A stretch of 64,000 bases of DNA from a virus (Duplodnaviria > Heunggongvirae > Uroviricota > Caudoviricetes): IMG/VR virus record IMGVR_UViG_3300034283_001314. The stretch is one strand, 5' to 3'. The notes beneath the pieces are model-generated. The model made no database searches and was not told where the DNA came from. It saw only the letters and a list, made by a program, of their open reading frames with translations. Position numbers and translations under genes: made by a program. Each line of letters opens with the position of its first letter. The first letter of the stretch is position 1. Shown here piece by piece: positions 55,011-63,830 of the stretch.

Positions 55011-56074
55011 TGATAGATTTAAAACAATATGTTTGTACGGTTCCGTTTGAGGCATTAGAAATACATGAAAATAAAAATTTTATGTGTTGTGCAAGTTGGT
55101 TAAAAAAAGAATTACCCAATGGGGTTCCCATAAAAGAATTATGGAATTCAGATGAAGCAATTGAAATACGAAAATCTGTAATGGATGGTTCTTATCGTTA
55201 TTGTGATAAAACACAATGTCCATTTTTAGCTAGATTAATATCATTAAATAAAAGTATTTCCGGGCCAGTTATCCACATAGATAATTTGAGTGATGAAATG
55301 AAAACAAATTACGATAGACAAACTGGTATAATTCCAAATGGACCTAAAATAATTCAAATGTCATTCGATAGAACTTGTAATTATAAATGTCCATCATGTA
55401 GGGTTAATATGATTGTTGCAAATAGTGATAAAATAAAAAGTGTAAATCTTACAATAGAAGAAATAGAAAATGCATACTCCGATTCAATTGAAACAATTTA
55501 TTGTTCTGGAACAGCTGATCCATTTGCATCTGTTTCATATAGAAATTTTTTAAGAAATTTTAATCCAAAAAAATATCCAAATTTAAAATCAATCCATCTA
55601 CATACAAACGCCAGTTTGTGGAATGAAGAAATGTGGGATAGTATGCCAAATATACATAAATATGTTCACAGTTGTGAAATTAGTATTGATGCTGGTACTC
55701 AATATACTTACGAAAATGTAACAAGGTTGGGAGGCAATTGGGATAATCTGATCTCAAATTTAAATTTTATTTCAACTATAAAATCTTTACATAGTGTTAA
55801 ATGTTCTTTTGTCGCCCAACAATCAAATTATAATGAAATGGAAACATTTTTAAATTTAATATATTCTATATTCAAAAATAAAACTAAAGTCTTTTTTGGT
55901 AGGATAACAAATTGGGGAACATTTAGTGATGGTCAATTTAAATTAATTGATGTTGGTAATGATACACATCCAGAACATAAATTATTTTTAAAACAATTTA
56001 AAAAAGTTGCAACCAATCCATATGTTTTTCATAATATGTATGAATTAATTGATATGAAAAAAACATTACTATAA
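55010..56074 (+). CDS. radical SAM enzyme
   Basis: 'SFDRTCNYKCPSCR' matches the CxxxCxxC motif. The N-terminal region has additional Cys residues. Confidence 0.6.
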   Translation: MIDLKQYVCTVPFEALEIHENKNFMCCASWLKKELPNGVPIKELWNSDEAIEIRKSVMDGSYRYCDKTQCPFLARLISLNKSISGPVIHIDNLSDEMKTNYDRQTGIIPNGPKIIQMSFDRTCNYKCPSCRVNMIVANSDKIKSVNLTIEEIENAYSDSIETIYCSGTADPFASVSYRNFLRNFNPKKYPNLKSIHLHTNASLWNEEMWDSMPNIHKYVHSCEISIDAGTQYTYENVTRLGGNWDNLISNLNFISTIKSLHSVKCSFVAQQSNYNEMETFLNLIYSIFKNKTKVFFGRITNWGTFSDGQFKLIDVGNDTHPEHKLFLKQFKKVATNPYVFHNMYELIDMKKTLL

Positions 56075-56571
56075 TGGTGATTACACAAAATGTTTTATTT
56101 ACAAAATTAGAATGTGATTCTATAATTTGGCAAAATACAGATGTAACAAATTGGAATAAAAATGATAGAAAATATAAATCAATTTTATTAGAGTATTCAG
56201 ATGATACTGAATGGATCTTTTTAAAATTGAAAAATTTTGTTGAAGAATCAACAAATATAAAAATTACTAATTTAAAAAAGGTAATACATTTTCATAAATT
56301 TAATGAGATGGATTGGTTTGATAAACATAATGATGATAAAGATAATAGAATTTATGCAGTTGGTGTTTTGTTAAATAATGACTTTAAAGGTGGTGATTTT
56401 AAATTATATAATCCAGATGAAATAATATTAGATAAAGTTATTGGTAACACTTATACATTTGATGTAAGAATTGAACACGAAATAACACCTATACTTAAAG
56501 GAGAGCGATATTCATTACTTTGGTTTTTACAAAAAGAACATATTAAATTTAATACAAATAAATTATTATAA
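56074..56571 (+). CDS. 2OG-Fe(II) oxygenase (P4H-like small form)
   Basis: 'KHNDD' (HxD), 'RIEHEI' and 'GERYSLLWF'. Confidence 0.55.
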   Translation: MVITQNVLFTKLECDSIIWQNTDVTNWNKNDRKYKSILLEYSDDTEWIFLKLKNFVEESTNIKITNLKKVIHFHKFNEMDWFDKHNDDKDNRIYAVGVLLNNDFKGGDFKLYNPDEIILDKVIGNTYTFDVRIEHEITPILKGERYSLLWFLQKEHIKFNTNKLL

Positions 56572-56596
56572 CTAATTGATAATCAACAAGTTAGGA
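56568..56596. repeat. dyad operator-like repeat (single copy)
   Basis: 'ataactaattgataatcaacaagttagg'. Confidence 0.5.
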
Positions 56597-56613
56597 AAAA
56601 TACCCCAAAATAG

Positions 56614-56643
56614 TTGGTAAATTGAGAAAAAAGTCGTATCTTT
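56614..56643 (+). promoter_or_regulatory. Bacteroidetes-type promoter (GTCGTATCTTTA class)
   Basis: TTG at 56614-56616 and TATCTTTA at 56636-56643. Confidence 0.5.
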
Positions 56644-56668
56644 AAGTATAAACATTAAACTCTAAGAT

Positions 56669-57289
56669 ATGAAATTTTTATCCTTTTTAGGTATAATTCT
56701 AATACTTTCTAGTTGTGAAAAAAACGTAAGTGTTCCACCTACATTCACTCAACCCACATTTTCTTTTTCAATTGATTCGGCGTTAGTTGGTAATGGTACA
56801 AAGGCATTATCCAAAGATAAAAACGGATATTATCATTTACTAGTAGATACTAATTTATTACAAACATTCTCAAGAGTTACAGGTAAAGTTTTAGTAAATG
56901 GTAAACCAAACCCATTAGCACCCACTTTAGTTGAAAATGTTAGAGTAGAATGGAAAAGTTCACATTATTGGATATTGAATGTAGGACAACAAACTATAAG
57001 TGTATATAAAACATATTTCAACAAATATCAGGCAAAACTAAAAACCGTATTATTAGGTATTATGGTTGCACAACGAAGTGAGATTATTCCGACAGTAAAT
57101 CCAACATCATATCCATCAACTGAAACGGGTGAAGTAAATACCATAGTTGCACCAATTACTCTAATGAAAGGTGATACACTAATAATTACCGGCAAAGCAT
57201 TTTTCTCATATGCAGTTCCTAAAGATAAACTTTTTAGTACACCTAAATTAGATTCGATAGAAAAATCGATTCAAATAATTTGTGATTAG
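56669..57289 (+). CDS. lipoprotein
   Basis: 'MKFLSFLGIILILSSCEK' is a signal peptide with a lipobox. Confidence 0.55.
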   Translation: MKFLSFLGIILILSSCEKNVSVPPTFTQPTFSFSIDSALVGNGTKALSKDKNGYYHLLVDTNLLQTFSRVTGKVLVNGKPNPLAPTLVENVRVEWKSSHYWILNVGQQTISVYKTYFNKYQAKLKTVLLGIMVAQRSEIIPTVNPTSYPSTETGEVNTIVAPITLMKGDTLIITGKAFFSYAVPKDKLFSTPKLDSIEKSIQIICD

Positions 57290-57309
57290 GAAAAAAAGTT
57301 GTATATTTG
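57279..57309 (+). promoter_or_regulatory. Bacteroidetes-type promoter
   Basis: TTTG at 57279-57282 and TATATTTG at 57302-57309. Confidence 0.4.
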
Positions 57310-57313
57310 ATTT

Positions 57314-57613
57314 ATGATAACAATGCCACAAACACCTATTACGGATTACTCATTTAAAAAGTGGGGAGCTATAAAGATAGAAGAAACGGATGAAATTGAA
57401 CCATATTATTATTGGATTTTACCAATACCAATTGATGAGAATATACCCGATAGACCTACCTTAATATCTACTACGAATGATGAGTGGAAGATAATGGAAA
57501 TTAAAAAAGGTCAATATTTGGTAACACTATTTGATACTTTACCAATGTTAGAAACAGAAGAAGAAATTGAACTTTTATATAAAATATTAACTAAAGAAAA
57601 TTTAACGAAATGA
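57314..57613 (+). CDS. hypothetical protein
   Basis: ATG ORF. Confidence 0.5.
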   Translation: MITMPQTPITDYSFKKWGAIKIEETDEIEPYYYWILPIPIDENIPDRPTLISTTNDEWKIMEIKKGQYLVTLFDTLPMLETEEEIELLYKILTKENLTK

Positions 57614-58251
57614 TTTACAACGAAGATTGTTTAGATACACTTAATCGTAACTTAGAATACGATTACATTATAACATCACCACCTGATTTTGATGAGATTG
57701 GTGCAGATACTAAAAACATACAACCCTATATTTCTTTCTTAAAAGAAAGATTTAGTTTATTTAATCCTAAAAATAATGTAGTAACTATATTTGTTTCGGA
57801 TAGAAAGGCAGAAGGAACGGTCATTCAAAAACATAATATTATTTGTAGTATTATGAGTGATAATGGTTGGGTACTTAAATCACAAAAAATATGGGTAAAA
57901 AAGGAAGATACAATTGATATGTTCAGACATGGATATACATTTATTTTAACGTTTGGTAGAAATAATTCAAAACACCCATTATTACCCGATGTATTTAGTG
58001 AAAAATTTGTACCTGCTACACCTGAATATACTTATAATTTTTCACCTAATATTGTAAAACAATTTATTGAAAAATATACAAATAAAAATGAAATTGTGTT
58101 TGACCCGTTTATGGGTAGTGGAACTACGGCAATTGTATGTGTAGAACATAATAGAAAATATGTAGGTAGTGAAATTATTGAGGTAACCTGTAAGATTGCA
58201 GAAAATAGAATAAGTAAAATAAATAACGCAGATAAATTTTTTAAACTATAA
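57610..58251 (+). CDS. SAM-dependent amino-methyltransferase (N6A/N4C beta-class architecture) with atypical motif IV
   Basis: N-terminal 'YNEDCLDTL...DYIITSPPDF' is motif IV-like, reading SPPD instead of (D/N/S)PP(Y/F). C-terminal 'VFDPFMGSGTTAIVC' is motif I. Confidence 0.55.
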   Translation: MIYNEDCLDTLNRNLEYDYIITSPPDFDEIGADTKNIQPYISFLKERFSLFNPKNNVVTIFVSDRKAEGTVIQKHNIICSIMSDNGWVLKSQKIWVKKEDTIDMFRHGYTFILTFGRNNSKHPLLPDVFSEKFVPATPEYTYNFSPNIVKQFIEKYTNKNEIVFDPFMGSGTTAIVCVEHNRKYVGSEIIEVTCKIAENRISKINNADKFFKL

Positions 58252-58254
58252 ATT

Positions 58255-58962
58255 ATGACACAAAGAAAAAAGACAGCAGAAGAAATTAAAGCAAATTACG
58301 ATAAGTTTATTGCTATACTTAAAAAGTATTTTAAAGGAGACAGATTGGATAAATTACTTCATATGTATTCGGAAAACGAATTAGGTATGAATTTAGCAAT
58401 GTCTCCGGCAAGTGGTAGATTATTATATCACAATTGTTATGATGGGGGATATATTGACCATATTTTTAATGTATGTAAGAATGCATTGAAGATGAAAGAA
58501 TTATTTGTAGCACAGGGTGGTACAATTGATTTTGAAGATGAAGAATTAATGTTTTCGGCATTACATCACGATTTAGGTAAATTAGGTATTAAAGGACAAG
58601 TACATTATGTACCTAATACAAATAAATGGGAAATAGATAATAGAATGGATTACTATAAAAGAAATGATGAAATACCATTTATGACGATTACCGATAGAAC
58701 TTTCTTTACATTGAACCATTATGGAATTCAATATACAGAAAACGAATACTTTGGTATTAAACTTACCGATGGGTTATATGATGAAGATAATGAAAAATAT
58801 TTAAAGACATTTAATGTTAAGAATACATTACGTTCATCTATTCAATATATTTTACATTGGGGAGATTTTATGAGTACAATTATAGAAAGACAAGAAGAAT
58901 TGAAACTACAAGATAAGTCACAAAAAACTGACACGTTTTCACTTAATTTGGGTAAATTCTAA
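58255..58962 (+). CDS. HD-domain phosphohydrolase
   Basis: 'SALHHDLGKLG' matches the HD motif. Confidence 0.55.
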   Translation: MTQRKKTAEEIKANYDKFIAILKKYFKGDRLDKLLHMYSENELGMNLAMSPASGRLLYHNCYDGGYIDHIFNVCKNALKMKELFVAQGGTIDFEDEELMFSALHHDLGKLGIKGQVHYVPNTNKWEIDNRMDYYKRNDEIPFMTITDRTFFTLNHYGIQYTENEYFGIKLTDGLYDEDNEKYLKTFNVKNTLRSSIQYILHWGDFMSTIIERQEELKLQDKSQKTDTFSLNLGKF

Positions 58963-59038
58963 CAAAGTGTCAGTTTAACCATAATGGTATAGTATTTGAA
59001 CTATATAGAATATTATTAACAAAACAAAACATTAAATT

Positions 59039-59419
59039 ATGTATTTAGTAGATTACAGCAAATTATTTGAAGATTTTTTTGAAACCCCAAAAACAAGAGC
59101 AGCTAGTTCAACTCACAAACAAGTAGTAGTTGATGTAAACGAAGATATTTTACGAATTGGATTGGCGGTTCCTGGTCAAACAAAAGAAACATTAGAAATT
59201 ACAATTGAGGAAAACTTTATTAAAGTAAAATCAATAGAAAAAGAAACCGATGATAAAATTTGGAATGCAATTGCACTTCCGGTTGATGAATCGTTAAACA
59301 TTGGAACTAATTGGGACCTTAGTGCTACATTAGCAACCGTAAAGGATGGTATATTACATATCTCCTTACCTAAGAAAGAAGAAAAGAAGCCAAAAAAAGT
59401 ATCCATTAAAGTTGGATAG
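59039..59419 (+). CDS. small heat-shock protein (Hsp20/alpha-crystallin family)
   Basis: 'ILRIGLAVPG...ATVKDGILHISLPKKE' matches the alpha-crystallin domain with its C-terminal G.L.I.LPK. Confidence 0.65.
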   Translation: MYLVDYSKLFEDFFETPKTRAASSTHKQVVVDVNEDILRIGLAVPGQTKETLEITIEENFIKVKSIEKETDDKIWNAIALPVDESLNIGTNWDLSATLATVKDGILHISLPKKEEKKPKKVSIKVG

Positions 59420-59442
59420 TTCAGTTATATTTCGTATCTTTA
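59412..59442 (+). promoter_or_regulatory. Bacteroidetes-type promoter-like motif (TCAGTTATATTTCGTATCTTTA, identical to 62508-62529)
   Basis: TTG at 59412-59414 and TATCTTTA at 59435-59442. Oddly, it lies upstream of a terminator hairpin. Confidence 0.35.
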
Positions 59443-59443
59443 A

Positions 59444-59472
59444 GGGTAGTCACAAAAGACTACCCTTTTTTT
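59444..59472 (+). terminator. rho-independent terminator-like hairpin
   Basis: GGGTAGTC-acaaaa-GACTACCC followed by T7, 4 nt before the next ATG. Confidence 0.5.
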
Positions 59473-59475
59473 ATT

Positions 59476-60378
59476 ATGGCAGAATACTCACAAATATTAC
59501 CTCTTAGAACCGATATAAAGGTAGTAGACCAATTTGGATTCTTACCCCTATCAATTAATAGACCTACCAAAGAATCGAAGCTAAAGTGGCACGATGCATA
59601 CCTTAATGATGGTTTAGATGAACAACGTCGTAGTGACACATCCGAATATTTACCTGGTTATACATTCTCCGAATTCCACGCTGGATTGGCAGAACAAGTA
59701 TATAGGTTTTGGAGTATGCAAGGTAGTAAGATAGTTGACCCATTTGCGGGTAGAGTAACAAGAGGATTTGTTGCAACTAAATTAGGTAGAGATTATACTG
59801 GATTCGAAATTTCACCAAAGACATGGGAAAGAACACATAAACATTTTGATGCACATAATGTTCATCCACACATAATTAATAGTGATGGAACTTTAATGGA
59901 GGAAATTTCAGATAAAACCGCAGATTTAGTTTTTACTTGTCCACCTTACTTTAATTTAGAAAAATACGAATCAGTTCCTGGTCAATTAAGTGATGAGAAT
60001 AGATATGAATCATTTATGAGTAAGATTGATGTTTGTATTTCAAATTGTTATAGAGTTCTTAAAAGTGGAGCATTTGCATGTTGGGTTGTAGGTGATTTAA
60101 GGACTGGTGGTGAGTTTCAAAACTTTCATGGTGATGTAATCAATTCGTTTAAGAAGCATGGCTTTAATCAGCACGATATAGTTATACTAGAAAATATCTC
60201 ACCATTTGCAGCATTACAAATTGGAAAAACCGCAGCTAAACGATACACATCAAAAGTACATGAATACCTTTTAGTATTCCGAAAACCAGGTGATTATGAA
60301 ATACCAAAATATTGTTCACCGGATGTAATGGAGCAAGAAAACAAATTAGCAGAATTCTTTAATTATGATAGAAAATAA
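59476..60378 (+). CDS. SAM-dependent methyltransferase (amino-MTase-like) with atypical motifs
   Basis: Motif I-like 'VDPFAGRVTRG' and motif IV-like 'VFTCPPYF' (CPPY). Confidence 0.5.
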   Translation: MAEYSQILPLRTDIKVVDQFGFLPLSINRPTKESKLKWHDAYLNDGLDEQRRSDTSEYLPGYTFSEFHAGLAEQVYRFWSMQGSKIVDPFAGRVTRGFVATKLGRDYTGFEISPKTWERTHKHFDAHNVHPHIINSDGTLMEEISDKTADLVFTCPPYFNLEKYESVPGQLSDENRYESFMSKIDVCISNCYRVLKSGAFACWVVGDLRTGGEFQNFHGDVINSFKKHGFNQHDIVILENISPFAALQIGKTAAKRYTSKVHEYLLVFRKPGDYEIPKYCSPDVMEQENKLAEFFNYDRK

Positions 60379-61255
60379 ATTTCATACAATTCATTTTACA
60401 GGATGTTCTTTTACCGAAGGTGGTGGATTTGAAGATGGAAAACAACAATTAAAATCCGAATATAAAAAGAAATATGGATTTTTATACAAAAATGAAAAGG
60501 ATGTTTCATATCCTTCACTTTTACAATCAAAACTTAATTTAAAGATTATAAACGATGCTAAGAGTGGTAGTGGTATAGAAAGAACTATTCGTAAAATATG
60601 GGAATATATAAGAAAGCATAAATTAGAGCATGTTAAAAAAACTTTATTTATATTAGAAATGGCAGAAGCTGTTTCTAGATTAGAAGTGTTCTCAAATAAA
60701 TACAATAAATATTTAGTAGCAAATGTAGTATACGATTATAAAACAGGTAAAATCACCGATACACAAACTACATTAAATTGGATATACGGACCACAAATGG
60801 ATGAAGAATATAGAGATAATACACGAGAAGTTATTAGAGAATATTCAACATTGTTTGTAAATCCATATGAATACGATAAGAAAATACAAAATGAAATATT
60901 AGGATTATTTAGTTTTTTTAAGATGCATGATATACATTTCTATTATAGTGGAAATGTTAGTTTCGTTGATAATTTTGCAAAAAGAATATACAATGATATT
61001 GAGGAAACTAATCGATTAAACTTAATAATAAATGGAAAACCATATTTTAATTTTTATGAATTAGCACATTCAAATTTAATAAGAATATCGGATGAAGTTG
61101 GATTAGATATATCTACTGATGGACATCCTGGTGTTCAGGCACATCAAATGTGGGCAGAAGGAATTTACAATTTTTTACAAAATAAGTATTTAGATGATAC
61201 TTATGAATTAGATTATAGACAAAACAAAATTATTTCAACAAAAAATATAATATGA
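60365..61255 (+). CDS. SGNH/GDSL-family hydrolase
   Basis: 'IHFTGCSFTEGGG' (block I) and 'STDGHPGVQAHQMWA' (DGHP block V). Confidence 0.55.
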   Translation: MIENKFHTIHFTGCSFTEGGGFEDGKQQLKSEYKKKYGFLYKNEKDVSYPSLLQSKLNLKIINDAKSGSGIERTIRKIWEYIRKHKLEHVKKTLFILEMAEAVSRLEVFSNKYNKYLVANVVYDYKTGKITDTQTTLNWIYGPQMDEEYRDNTREVIREYSTLFVNPYEYDKKIQNEILGLFSFFKMHDIHFYYSGNVSFVDNFAKRIYNDIEETNRLNLIINGKPYFNFYELAHSNLIRISDEVGLDISTDGHPGVQAHQMWAEGIYNFLQNKYLDDTYELDYRQNKIISTKNII

Positions 61256-61437
61256 GATACAAAGTACAAATTAGACAAAACTTAGAAGCAATCGAAATTA
61301 GAACAAATTACTTAAAACAAGCAACGGAAGGTAGTAAACCAATTACTCCGAAAGATGCAATTAAGATGATTGATGAAATTTTATTCGCATTGGGAAAAGT
61401 TAATGATTTAATTGATTTAGAAAGAGAAGGTAATTAA
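61252..61437 (+). CDS. hypothetical protein
   Basis: ATG ORF. Confidence 0.45.
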   Translation: MRYKVQIRQNLEAIEIRTNYLKQATEGSKPITPKDAIKMIDEILFALGKVNDLIDLEREGN

Positions 61438-61438
61438 T

Positions 61439-62494
61439 ATGAATTGGTTAAAGTTCTTAGTTGGATTTTCAGCCCTAATTATTGCCGGATGTGCAGCATT
61501 CTTTTCGGTAACTGGGTTGGGTGTACTCTTTAGTGGAGCATCAACGGCAGTAATGGTGATGGCAGGCTCATTAGAGTTTGCTAAATTAGTGGCCGCAACC
61601 TACCTAAAACAGACTTGGGATGAGATTAAGGGGTTTAATAAGTGGTATTTAACGATTTCTGTGGGTATTCTTATGATGATTACTTCTGCCGGTATTTTTG
61701 GTTACCTCTCTAACGCTTTTCAGGCACAATCTTTACAATTACAGCAAGTAGATAGGGAAGTTTTAGTGTACTCTACTAAAATTGAGCAAAATACGGCTCA
61801 AATTACTCAACTTAACACTCAATTAGGACAATTATCATCAACTCAATCAACAATTTTAGAGAAAGGTAAGGTAAATTCACGTTTATTACGTTCAATAGAT
61901 AGTAAAGATAAGCAAGTTGCTACAATTAATAAGAAAATAGCTGATTTACAGGACCAAAACGCTAAAAATAACGATAAAATTAACGAAATTAAGATTGCAA
62001 ACTTAGATTTAGAGAAAGAAGTAGGTGGATTTCGTTTTATTGCCGAAGCATTTGGTATGGAATTGAAAAATGTTGTAAAATTCTTCATATTTTTGATTGT
62101 AATAGTGTTTGACCCTCTTGCAATTGCTCTAATTATCGCATTTAATGGATTAATTGGTAAAAATCAAAAGAAAAAAGAAGATATTATTGGTGAAATGGTT
62201 GAAAATAACCAAAAAATGGGATTATATGAGGTATATGGTGATAAAAAAGAAGATTTAGTAGAAAATACCCCTATCGTAGAAGAAATTGAAGAACCAAAGG
62301 AAATGGAAGAAACTCCTAAAAATGCATGGGAAGAACCTGGTTTTGATTGGGAAAATAGGAGTTCTTGGGTAAATAACCCAGCTGCCGTAAGATATTGGAT
62401 GAAAAATGGAGGAAGTATCGCAAAATACAACTCAATTTTCAGAAAATACATAAAAAACGATATGGATAACGATGATTTAACAAAAACCTACTAA
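61439..62494 (+). CDS. polytopic membrane protein with central coiled-coil
   Basis: Three to four N-terminal TM helices. A long Q/L-rich coiled coil follows, then a C-terminal TM helix. Confidence 0.55.
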   Translation: MNWLKFLVGFSALIIAGCAAFFSVTGLGVLFSGASTAVMVMAGSLEFAKLVAATYLKQTWDEIKGFNKWYLTISVGILMMITSAGIFGYLSNAFQAQSLQLQQVDREVLVYSTKIEQNTAQITQLNTQLGQLSSTQSTILEKGKVNSRLLRSIDSKDKQVATINKKIADLQDQNAKNNDKINEIKIANLDLEKEVGGFRFIAEAFGMELKNVVKFFIFLIVIVFDPLAIALIIAFNGLIGKNQKKKEDIIGEMVENNQKMGLYEVYGDKKEDLVENTPIVEEIEEPKEMEETPKNAWEEPGFDWENRSSWVNNPAAVRYWMKNGGSIAKYNSIFRKYIKNDMDNDDLTKTY

Positions 62495-62508
62495 AAAGTA
62501 GGTTTTTT
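62485..62508 (+). terminator. rho-independent terminator
   Basis: AACCTACT-aaaa-AGTAGGTT followed by T6. Confidence 0.6.
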
Positions 62509-62529
62509 CAGTTATATTTCGTATCTTTA
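62508..62529 (+). promoter_or_regulatory. -7 promoter element (TCAGTTATATTTCGTATCTTTA, identical to 59421-59442)
   Basis: TATCTTTA at 62522-62529, 13 nt before the ATG at 62543. There is no clear -33 TTG. Confidence 0.35.
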
Positions 62530-62542
62530 TAAAAATAACACT

Positions 62543-63445
62543 ATGAATTTAGGATATGCTTGTATTAATCTTTCTTTAGGTAAGAAAGTTACAACAAACC
62601 GAACAATGATTAAACGAACCTTTATTGATAAGGGATTAGATTATGTGTCGGATTTGGTATTGCAAAATGTTACAGACTTAGAAAAGATTATAGATTGGAA
62701 TGAGCAGAATAATATTAAGATGTATCGTATGAGTTCCGATATGATGCCTTGGGCTACTGAATATCAATTTAGTGAATTAAAGGATTGGAACGAAATATCT
62801 ATTATCCTTAAAAGATGTGGTGAGAAGGCAACAAAGTATGGACAAAGATTATCATTTCATCCAGGTCCGTTTAATGTATTAGTATCACCAAAAGAAAGTG
62901 TTGTACTTAATACTATTAACGATTTAGAAGTACATGGTAGACTTATGGATGCTATGGGATTATCACAAACACCCTACAATAAGATTAATATTCATTGTAA
63001 TGGTGTATATGGGGATAAACAAAGTGCAATGGATAGATTTATAACTAATTTCGGAAGACTCTCTAAATCGGTGCAAAATAGGCTTACAATAGAGAATGAT
63101 GATAAGGCAAGTATGTATTCCGTAAAAGATTTAATGTATATTCATCAAAAGATAGGTATTCCTATTGTATTTGATTATCATCACCACAAATTTTGTACAG
63201 GTGATTTAACCGAACAACAAGCATTAGAGTTAGCAATGAGTACGTGGCCTGACGATATAACACCAGCAGTTCATTATTCCGAATCTGCAGTTGGTAAAAA
63301 ACCACAAGCACATTCCGATTATATTTCTGAAACAATTAATACTTATGGTAATACCGTAGATATAATGGTAGAAGCTAAGAAAAAAGATTTAACAATTTTA
63401 AAATATAAACAAGAAAATTATGGCATACTCAGAAAAAGTGCTTGA
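62543..63445 (+). CDS. UV-damage endonuclease (UvdE/Uve1 family)
   Basis: The N-terminus 'MNLGYACINLSL' and the roughly 300-aa length fit UvdE TIM-barrel endonucleases. Confidence 0.55.
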   Translation: MNLGYACINLSLGKKVTTNRTMIKRTFIDKGLDYVSDLVLQNVTDLEKIIDWNEQNNIKMYRMSSDMMPWATEYQFSELKDWNEISIILKRCGEKATKYGQRLSFHPGPFNVLVSPKESVVLNTINDLEVHGRLMDAMGLSQTPYNKINIHCNGVYGDKQSAMDRFITNFGRLSKSVQNRLTIENDDKASMYSVKDLMYIHQKIGIPIVFDYHHHKFCTGDLTEQQALELAMSTWPDDITPAVHYSESAVGKKPQAHSDYISETINTYGNTVDIMVEAKKKDLTILKYKQENYGILRKSA

Positions 63446-63821
63446 TCATTACGCAAATCCTAAAAATGTAGGAACTTTAGATAAATCAAAGCAAAATGTA
63501 GGAACTGGTTTAGTTGGTGCACCAGAATGTGGTGATGTAATGAGATTGCAATTAGAAATTAATGATGGAATTATTACTGATGCAAAATTTAAAACGTTTG
63601 GTTGTGGAAGTGCAATTGCAGCTTCATCTTTAGCAACTGAGTGGTTAAAGGGTAAAACTTTGGATAAAGCAGTAGAATTAGATAATATGGATTTAGTAGA
63701 GGAATTATCACTACCACCGGTTAAAATACATTGTTCAGTATTAGCACAAGATGCAGTTAGAGATGCTATTAATGATTATAGAAAGAAAAACAATTTAGAA
63801 CCAATTAAATTTGAAGATTAA
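63420..63821 (+). CDS. iscU: Fe-S cluster assembly scaffold IscU/NifU-like
   Basis: 'LDHYANPKNVG...GAPECGDVMRLQL...FKTFGCGSAIASSS...HCSVLA' carries the three conserved Cys residues and matches the IscU core. Confidence 0.75.
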   Translation: MAYSEKVLDHYANPKNVGTLDKSKQNVGTGLVGAPECGDVMRLQLEINDGIITDAKFKTFGCGSAIAASSLATEWLKGKTLDKAVELDNMDLVEELSLPPVKIHCSVLAQDAVRDAINDYRKKNNLEPIKFED

Positions 63822-63830
63822 TGAAAGTAT

